Shown here one piece after another: positions 54,556-64,000 of a stretch of DNA of 64,000 nucleotides (position 1 is the first letter of the stretch; each line of letters starts with the position of its first letter). The position numbers and the translations under genes are program-made. This DNA is from Eledone cirrhosa. Taxonomy: Eukaryota. Location: NCBI GenBank assembly GCA_964016885.1, contig OZ024766.1, positions 8,370,001-8,434,000 on the forward strand. Reading direction: 5' to 3'. A model generated the notes under the pieces. That model saw only the letters and a list, made by a program, of their open reading frames with translations, searched no databases and was not told the DNA's origin.

Positions 54556-55291
54556 ACGAAAGGAATGTGGTAAGGAACCAGGTGGACCATAACGCACCAA
54601 AGTACTCAATACTTAGGGTAGTAGAGTGGGTAATAGGAACAAATAGTAATAATAATAAATTTGAAGACTAAAATCCAAAGAGGGCTCAATAAGGACAAAT
54701 ATATATCAAATATATAAGAAACAATTACGTGTATTGATTGGTGACGTGTGTTTAGCTATTGATGAGCTCAAGGTTCGATCTGAATCGATCTGGCCTGACT
54801 CTAGAATCAAAAGCTCGTCAAACCCCTGTTGGTGTAATGACAGAATGACGATCTTTTGATTCCTGACTCAGGCCAGATCAATACAGATCAAACCTTCAGC
54901 TGATCAATAGCTAAACACGCGTCAGCAATCAATAAATGTAATGAAGACTTAACTAATCGTCCTTGTATTATTATATTAAACTCTGTTCAGCTCTACATCT
55001 CGACACAGAAGTGAACCTAAACGTTGAGTACTCACCTGGATGAGCCTACAGTAACTCCACGTTACATTCCCTGGATATATATTTATATATATATATATAT
55101 ATATATTCATATATATATTCATATATATATACATATATATATATATTCATATATATATATTCATATATATATACATATATATATATATTCATATATATAT
55201 ATTCATATATATACATATATTCATATATATATACATATATTCATATATATACATATATTCAGTTATATATATTCATATATATACATATATA

Positions 55292-55341
<50 letters not shown>

Positions 55342-55418
55342 TATTTTCATATATATACATATATATATATTCATATATATATATATATACATATATATAT
55401 TCATATATATATATATAC

Positions 55419-55455
<37 letters not shown>

Positions 55456-55727
55456 CATATTCATATATATATACAAATATATATATATACAAATATATAT
55501 ATATACATATATATATACAAATATATATATATACATATATATATACAAATATATATATATACACATATATTCATATATATACATATATATATACATGTAA
55601 AGTTATATTTAAAATTGTTGGGTTACAACTAGTAAATATTTATAACTGATATAAAAGCACTCGACAAATACTTGGAGTATATTTACAATATTAAATAAAT
55701 GGAAAACTATATTTATAAAACCATATC

Positions 55728-55793
55728 TATTTCATTATATATATTTCGGGGATATCATATTAACAATATGCTATGCCTTCATCAGACAAAATA
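55728..55793 (-). ncRNA. Type I hammerhead motif (family A, left arm)
   Basis: Mirror image of 55951-56016 in a 187-bp-arm palindrome (55684-56060). Confidence 0.7.
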
Positions 55794-55950
55794 CAATATA
55801 AACAGTTTTATAGATAAATATATTCGACATACCGTAATAAACATCAACTTCATTTGAAGAGGTTCACTCTGCTAGAGTGAACCTCTTCAAATGAAGTTGA
55901 TGTTTATTACGGTATGTCGAATATATTTATCTATAAAACTGTTTATATTG

Positions 55951-56016
55951 TATTTTGTCTGATGAAGGCATAGCATATTGTTAATATGATATCCCCGAAA
56001 TATATATAATGAAATA
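55951..56016 (+). ncRNA. Type I hammerhead motif (family A, right arm)
   Basis: TATTTTGT-CTGATGA-aGGcATAgCATATT-gtt-AATATGaTATcCCc-GAAA-T-ATAT-A-TA-ATGAAATA. Confidence 0.7.
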
Positions 56017-56056
56017 GATATGGTTTTATAAATATAGTTTTCCATTTATTTAATAT

Positions 56057-56093
<37 letters not shown>

Positions 56094-56373
56094 TTTCATA
56101 TATATACATATATTCATATATATACATATATTCATATATATACATATATTCATATATATATATATATTTTCATATATAGATATATATATATACATATAGA
56201 TATATTCATACACAGACACTTATAGTCACATACACACATAAAGGCAGTGATGATGATGATGATGATAAGAATACCAACAGCCAATCAGAGAGTTACACAT
56301 GAACATCATTTATAATGAGGGGGGGGGGGGGGGCTAAAAAATAAAATTAAATAAAAAAAGTGAAAAAAAAAGA

Positions 56374-56430
<57 letters not shown>

Positions 56431-56528
56431 CACATTTAAATAAATATAGAAAAGAAATGTACCCCAGCATGGCCACAGTCTCATGACTGTAAATATACAG
56501 ACACACACACACACACACACATGTACAG

Positions 56529-56583
<55 letters not shown>

Positions 56584-57299
56584 CATACATACTCAAACAT
56601 ATATACATACACACACATATATACATACTCACACACACGTAGTCATATATATATATATATCTATACACACACACACATATATACATACACATACACATAC
56701 ATACTTTCATATATACACCCACAAACATACATACTTTCATATATACACTCACAAACATATATATATGTATATACACACACACACATACATACATATATAT
56801 ATGTATATACACACATACATACATATATATATGTATATACACACATACATACATATATATATGTATATACACACACACATACATACATTTATATACACAA
56901 ACACATACATTTATACACACACACACATACATACATTATATATATATATATATATGCATATACACATTCACACAAGTACATACATATATATATATATATG
57001 TATACATAAACATATATACACACGCGCATATAATATATACAATATTTACATATATTTACACACACACACACATATATATACACACACACATATATATATA
57101 CATACACACACAACACAAAAAATAAAGCTAAGAAACAGTTGCTGGAGTCCTTCTTTGGTTGTGTTTAATAGAGTTTAGTTTCTAGGGTCGATAGCCCCTA
57201 GTCCAGATCCCTGGGGTGAAGGGAAGAGAGGGTGCAGGGTATGTGCACTTCTTCAATTAGACAGGAAACCCCTTTCAAAGAGGAATCTGAGAACGTCAG

Positions 57300-58420
57300 T
57301 AAGACAGGAAAAGGACTTTCCAAAAATCCCTGGGGGTGAGGGTTATCTATGCACTTTAATAAGACAAAGGTCATTCCAAAAATCCCTGGGGGTGTGGGTT
57401 ATGTATGCACTTTAATAAGACAAAGGTCATTCCAAAAATCCCTGGGGGTGTGAGTTATCTATGCACTTTAATAAGACAAAGGTCATTCCAAAAATCCCTG
57501 GGGGTGTGAGTTATCTATGCACTTTAATAAGACAAAGGTCATTCCAAAAATCCCTGGGGGTGTGAGTTATCTATGCACTTTAATAAGACAAAGGTCATTC
57601 CAAAAATCCCTGGGAGTGTGGGTTATGTATGCACTTTAATAAGACAAAGGTCATTCCAAAAATCCCTGGGGGTGTGGGTTATATATGCATTTTAATAAGA
57701 CAAAGGTCCTTTCAAAAATCCCTGGGGATGGGGCAGGCTGATCTATGCCTTTTAATAATACAAAGGTCCTTTCAAAAATCACTGGGGGGTGTGAGTTATC
57801 TATGCACTTTAATAAGACAAAGGTCATTCCAAAAATCCCTGGGGGTGTGAGTTATCTATGCACTTTAATAAGACAAAGGTCATTCCAAAAATCCCTGGGG
57901 GTGTGGGTTATCTATGCACTTTAATAAGACAATGGTCATTCCAAAAATTCCTGGGGGTGAGGGTTATCTATGCACTTTAATAAGACAAAGGTCCTTTCAA
58001 AAATCCCTGGGAATGGGGCAGGCTGATCTATGCCTTTTAATAAGACAAAGGTCCTTTCAAAATTCCTTGGGGGTGAGGGTTATCTATGTACTTTAATAAG
58101 ACAAAGGTCCTTCCAAAAATTCCCCAGGGGTGGGGCATGAGTCTATATATTTCTTCAGTAAGACAAAAGTCCTTCCAACAATCCCCAGGGGTGGGGCATG
58201 AGTCTATATATTTCTTCAGTAAGACAAAAGTCCTTCCAACAATCCCCAGGGCTGACGGTTATCTATGCACTTTAATAAGACGGAAAAGTCCTTCCCAAAA
58301 AGCCGTGGGGGTTGGGGATAGGGCAGGATGATTTATGCACTTTAGAAAGACAGAAGAGCCCTTCCAAAAATCCCTGGGGGTTGCAGGGAAATCTTTTGTG
58401 CACACCAATAAGACAGAAAG
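57300..58420. repeat. 56-bp minisatellite (~19 copies, diverging at the edges)
   Basis: Unit AAGACAAAGGTCATTCCAAAAATCCCTGGGGGTGTGAGTTATCTATGCACTTTAAT. Confidence 0.92.
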
Positions 58421-59714
58421 GTCCTTCTAAAATAAAAAAAATAACCCCCCCCCCCAGGAGTGGGGGCGTGAATGTCCTTCCAGAAATCCCTGGGGGTGCG
58501 GTGGGATCTTTTGTGCACCGCTTCTGGACAGGTGAAAATACTGGAAAATCATCACTAACGAGAAATGTTTACCTGATGTAGAGGAGGTCAGGTTGGAGGG
58601 TGGTGATGTTTCAAAGACAAGGTCATGGTCAAGGTCATGCTGGGGTCAGGTCCAGGTAATACTGACATCATGCAAGGTCAAGGTCATGCTGGGGGTCAGG
58701 TCCAGGTAATAGACATCATGCAAGGTCATGCAAAGGTTGGTTATAAGGACCATAAGGTCACATCAAATTTCACACACACACACACATATATGTGTGTGTG
58801 TATGTATGTATATATTTGTGTATATGTGTGTGTGTATGTATGTATATATATATTTGTGTATATGTCTGTGTGTATATATGTAAATATATATATATTTGTG
58901 TGTATATATATATATATATGTCTGCGTGTATGTATATATATATATATGTCTGTGTGTGTATGTATGTATATATATGTGTATATATATATATATGTCTGTG
59001 TGTGTGTGTATGTATATATATGTGTATATATATGTCTGTGTGTGTGTGTGTGTATGTATGTATATATATATTTGTGTATATATATATATATATATGTCTG
59101 TGTGTGTATGTATGTATATATATATTTGTGTATATATATATATATATATATGTCTGTGTGTGTGTATGTATTTATATATATATTTGTGTATATATATATA
59201 TGTCTGTGTGTGTATGTATGTATATATATATTTGTGTATATATATATATATATGTGTGTATGTATTTATATACATATATGTATGTGTGTATGTATGTATG
59301 TTCGTGTATATATATGTGTATGTGTGTGTGCATATATGTTTGTGTGTGTGTGTGTGTCTGTGTATATATATATATATGTGTGTGTGTATGTAGATATTTA
59401 TGTTTGTATATACATATATATATATATATATTTATGTTTTTATATACATATATATATGTGTGTCTGTATATGTGTTTATATTTGTATATATATATATATA
59501 TAATTTATGTATATATATATTATTTATGTATTTAGTTAGTTATATATATATATATATATATATATAGTATTTTATGGTGAGGGCAGGTATGGTCTGCTTT
59601 GCAGTCTGATTAAGTCTGTGTGGGGGTGAGGGGGGGGGGGGGTCACATCACACATATAGAGATGGACCACACACAAGGTTACAGTGACTAGCAGCAATGA
59701 CATAAACCAACAGA

Positions 59715-60600
59715 GATGATCAAGACCAACATTTCAGACCAACGGTGGAATTCGGAAGTCAAGACCAGGGTTCAAGACAAACCATGAAGATCAACAATGA
59801 AGAGTAGCGCTCAAGAATGGCGGTCAAAATCGGCGCTCAAGACCAGTGATCAAAAACAGGGTTCAAGAACGGTGATCAAGAACGGCGATCAAGACCAACG
59901 ATCAAGAACAGAGCTCAAGACCAGCGATCAAGAACAGGGCTCAAGACCGGCAATCAAGAACAGGGCTCAAGACCGGCAATCAAGAACAGGGCTCAAGACC
60001 GGCAATCAAGAACAGGGCTCAAGACCGGCAATCAAGAACAGGGCTCAAGACCGGCAATCAAGAACAGGGCTCAAGACCGGCAATCAAGAACAGGGCTCAA
60101 GACCGGCAATCAAGAACAGGGTTCAAGACCGGCAATCAAGAACAGGGCTCAAGACCGGCGATCAAGAACGGGGCCCAAGACCAGCAATCAAGAACGGGGC
60201 TCAAGACCAGCAATCAAGAACGGGGCTCAAGACCAGCAATCAAGAACAGAGCTCAAGACCAGCGATCAAGGACAGGGTTTAAGGCCAGCGATCAAGAACG
60301 GCGATCAAGAACAGGGCTCAAGACAAACCATTAAGATCAACACTGAAGATGAGGGTTCCAGATCAACATCGAAGATGAGGGTTCTAAACAAGCGATCAAG
60401 ACGAGGGCTCTAAACAAGCGATCAAGATGAGGCTTCCAAACCAACAATCGAGACAAATGATCAAGAACAGGGATCAAGATTAGTATTCCTGACCAATGAT
60501 CAACATGAGTGTATTACTGACCAGCGATCAACATGAGTGTATTCCTGACCAGCGATCAACATGAGGGTAATCCTGACCAGCGATCAAGACCATGCTTCCG
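59715..60600. repeat. 13/26-bp minisatellite, probably in the 3' UTR of the minus-strand gene
   Basis: CAAGAACAGGGCT + CAAGACCGGCAAT dimer, homogeneous at 59930-60140. Confidence 0.88.
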
Positions 60601-60726
60601 GACCAATGATGAAACTGAATGGACGATGAGATAAGAGTTAAAAGTCAGTGGTCAAGACCATGTGTGTGGGATGGAGGGTGGGTGTGTGTATGGAGAGAGA
60701 CGGAGGAGGGGGGTGTTTTTTCCTTG

Positions 60727-60760
60727 TCAGACAACGGATGAGGAGTCAGGATCTTCTGAT
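60727..60760 (-). CDS. Last coding exon of the unidentified gene ((R)SEDPDSSSVV*)
   Basis: Minus-strand acceptor TTTTCTGTTTCTTCTTACAG; phase 2 matches the donor after 63385; TGA at 60729-60727. Confidence 0.65.
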
Positions 60761-61078
60761 CTGTAAGAAGAAACAGAAAATATATTGTTAAATATTGAAG
60801 GATGTGTAAGAGGTGATAGTGTGTGTGCTTGTGTGTGTGTGTAGGGTGAGAGAGAGAGAAAGAGAGATAGAGAGAGAGAGAAAGAGAGATAGAGAGAGAG
60901 AGATAGAGAGAATTAGAATTTAGCTTTTGAGCACAGCTGTAGACAGATATGCATTGGAATTTCTCGTATTTCTAAAGAAATACGTTATGTTTGTAAATAA
61001 ACATTTAGAAAGCCGTAGCTATGCAAAAACACTGGCAGCTATCACCACAAGGCGGTGTCCGGCAGAAGCAAGGGGGAC

Positions 61079-61124
61079 AATCCTCGATGTATTTCAAACT
61101 GAACTGGTTCTCATCAGAACGATC
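61079..61124 (-). ncRNA. Minimal type I hammerhead motif in the last intron, sense to the host gene
   Basis: Minus strand GATCGTT-CTGATGA-GAAC-cagttca-GTTT-GAAA-T-ac-A-TC-GAGGATT. Confidence 0.55.
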
Positions 61125-62039
61125 TCTCTCTTACAACTGGTGGACTTTGAAAACAGGCGAGAATATATAGTTTTAGTGCATATGCAAATGAGATTAATCA
61201 CCTCATTTACACAGACAAGAAATTCCAATATATATAGTGGTGTGGTATATATATATATAAAGTGGTGTAGTCATCATCATTTTTTCATCATTTCATTTTA
61301 CGTTCACTTTTCCCTGCTTGCAAGGGTGGGACGGGAACTGATCCTGGCTTGATTTCTACAGCTGGGTGCCCTTCCTAACACCAACCTCATTTACAGTGAG
61401 TGCTGGGTGCTTTTTTGCCGTGGTACCTCCACGACCACTTTGCAGTGGAATGATAGGGACCCCAGTCCCTATCATCTCATTTCTACAGCTGAGTAAACTG
61501 GAGCAATGTGAAATAAAGTGTCTTGCTCAAGGAAACAACACATCACTTGGTCTGAGAATTGAACTCACAACCTTTCGATCGCAAGGCCAATGTTCTAACC
61601 AACTAAGCCATGTGCCTCCATATATATTCACAGTAAAAGCTCAAATTTATGGAATTTTGATATTTATTTTGAGAACAATACCTTAACATCAGTATGAGTG
61701 GCCAGTTACAGCCAGTTTAAACAGAAAGAAATTAGATAATTCTGGCCATACATGGCCAGTTTAAATGCTAAATAAAGGATTAATATATAAAGAAAATTAA
61801 TTGTTGCAGGAATGCAACCTATTAAAATAATATTTTGCCAGAGATAGATTAACAAAAATTAATAAGCAGGGGTTGGTGGGTAGCAATACAAGCAAGAAGT
61901 GTGGCGAGATTTGGGGTAAAAAGTCTGAAAATTTAATAAGCGAGGGGGTAGGTAAGGTGCTGGTGAGGGAATACGAGTAGGAGTGAAAGGGCTTGGAAAA
62001 AAACCCTGCAAAATTAATAAGCAAGGTGTGGGCTAGAAA

Positions 62040-63300
62040 TATGAGCAGGTGTGTGAGGGTTTGGAAAAAAGTAATAAGCAGAGGTGGTGGTGGAGGTGGA
62101 TAAGAGTGGGGGCGTGGGGGTTTGGAAAAAGGTAAGGTGGTGGTGGTGGGGGATAAGAGTGGGGGCGTGGGGGTTTGGAAAAAGGTAAGGTGGTGGTGGG
62201 GGATAAGAGTGGTGGCGTGGGGGTTTGGAAAAAGGTAAGGTGGTGGTGGGGGTGGATAAGAGTGGGGGCGTGGGGGTTTTGAAAAAGGTAACGTGGTGGG
62301 GGGGGATAAGAGTGGGGGCGTGGGGGTTTTGAAAAAGGTAAGGTGGTGGTGGGGAGGGATAAGAGTGGGGGCGTAGGGGTTTGGAAAAAGGTAAGGTGGT
62401 GGTGGTGGTGGGGGCGTGGGGTTTTAGAAAAAGGTAAGGTGGTGGTGGGGGATAAGAGTGGGGGTGTGGAAAAAGGTAAGGTGGTGGTGGGGTATAATAG
62501 TGGGGGTGTGGAAAAAGGTAAGGTGTTGGTGGTGGCGGATAAGAGTGGGGGCGTGGGGGTTTGGAAAAAGGTAAGGTGGTGGTGGGGATAAGAGTGGGGG
62601 CGTGGGGGTTTGGAAAAAGGTAAGGTGGTGGTGGGGATAAGAGTGGGGGCGTGGGAGTTTGGAAAAAGGTAAGGTGGTGGTGGGGATAAGAGTGGGGGCG
62701 TGGGGGTTTGGAAAAAGGTAAGGTGGTGGTGGGGATAAGAGTGGGGGCGTGGGGGTTTGGAAAAAGGTAAGGTGGTGATGGTGGGGGATAAGAGTGGGGG
62801 TGTGGGGGTTTGGAAAAAGGTAAGGTGGTGGTGGGGGATAAGAGTGGTGGCGTGGGGGTTTGGAAAGAGGTAAGGTGGTGGTGGGGGATAAGAGTGGGGG
62901 CGTGGGGGTTTGGAAAAAGGTAAGGTGGTGGTGGGGGATAAGAGTGGGGGTGTGGAAAAAGGTAAGGTGGTGGTGGTGGCGGATAAGAGTGGTGGCGTGG
63001 GGGTTTGGAAAAAGGTAAGGTGGGGGGGGGGGGGGTAAGAGTGGGGGCGTGGGAGTTTGGAAAAAGGTAAGGTGGTGGTGATGGTGGATAAGAGTGGGGG
63101 CGTAGGGGTTTGGAAAAAGTTAAGGTGGTGGTGGGGGGGGGATAAGAGTGGGGGCGTGGGGGTTTGGAAAAAGGTAAGGTGGTATGTGTGTGTGTGTGGG
63201 GGGGGGGGTAAGAGCGGGGGCGTGGGGGGGATAAGATAGTGGGGGTGTAGGGATAGGGGGGGGCGTAGGGGTAGGGGTTGTGGGGGGGGGGGGGCGGTGT
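62040..63300. repeat. G-rich ~50-bp intronic minisatellite
   Basis: GGATAAGAGTGGGGGCGTGGGGGTTTGGAAAAAGGTAAGGTGGTGGTGG. Confidence 0.92.
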
Positions 63301-63384
63301 GTAGGAGGAGTTTGGTAAACAAATCTGAAGAATTAATAAGCAGGAGTGTCAGAGGAAGGATTTATTGGAGGCCCGGGGAGGTAC

Positions 63385-63515
63385 CTGTCTTTGATGTTCC
63401 CTTGGGTGCTGAACTCCACCTGGGGGCTGCCGGACCCACTTCCTGTCGAAGTCTTGCGGGAGCTGTTACCATGACAACCGCCGCTGCCGCTGTTGTTGCT
63501 GTTTACGTTGCCTCC

Positions 63516-63550
<35 letters not shown>

Positions 63551-63871
63551 TAACTGCAGAGCCTGCTCCAGTCTGGCCGTGTCCCACCGCAGTGGCAGCG
63601 CCGCACACGTAGCTCTTCGCCTGGCAGTCTAGGACACCCCCACCGCCACCACCGCCACCACCACCACCACTACTACCACCTATGCCGGTGTTGGTGGTGG
63701 TGTTGGTGGTGTTGGTGGTGGTGTTGTTGTTGGTGGTGGTGTTGGTGGTGTTGGTGGTGGTGTTGTTGGTGTTGGTGGTGTTGGTGGTGGTGTTGTTGTT
63801 GGTGGTGGTGTTGGTGCCGTCTTTAGAGGGCTTGAAAGAGTTCTTGAGAAATGACAAACCCCATGGCAGGC
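63385..63871 (-). CDS. Penultimate coding exon of an unidentified protein (Thr/Asn, poly-Gly and poly-Ala low-complexity tail)
   Basis: Acceptor CTCTCTTCCCCTCCAG|G at 63872/63871; open frame LPWGLSFLKNSFKPSKDGT...SPQVEFSTQGNIKD; donor GACAG|GTACC; higher GC than the surroundings. Confidence 0.7.
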
Positions 63872-63902
63872 CTGGAGGGGAAGAGAGGGTGAGAGAGGGT
63901 GA

Positions 63903-64000
63903 GAGAGAGAGTTAGAAGAGAGAGCTAGAGAGAGTTAGAAGAGAGAGCTAGAGAGAGTTAGAAGAGAGAGCTAGAGAGAGTTAGAAGAGAGAGCTAGAGA
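63903..64000. repeat. 21-bp AG-rich repeat
   Basis: AGAGAGTTAGAAGAGAGAGCT. Confidence 0.9.

Noticed and set aside
59797-60282. 161-aa repeat ORF
   Set aside because: 13/26-bp minisatellite, antisense to the probable 3' UTR

Overview
AT-rich, microsatellite-dense eukaryotic DNA, most likely an octopod cephalopod (inferred from the SINE complement; not database-confirmed). Nearly all long ORFs in the track are read-throughs of tandem repeats. The only well-supported host coding sequence is the last two exons of a minus-strand gene (63871-63385 spliced to 60760-60727, ending ...DRSEDPDSSSVV*); there is also a possible plus-strand terminal exon near 4866. The rest is RTE, CR1 and other LINE fragments, a decayed mariner transposase, tRNA-derived SINEs, TTAA-flanked MITEs and about a dozen minisatellites, many amplified from internal pieces of these elements. 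The main signal not explained by the ORF track is about 11 well-formed and about 9 decayed type I hammerhead ribozyme motifs. They belong to several sequence families, mostly sit as mirror-image pairs in short fold-back palindromes beside (TA)n tracts, and have apparently swappable head and tail modules. This resembles non-autonomous Penelope-like or retrozyme-like elements. All structures were folded by eye.
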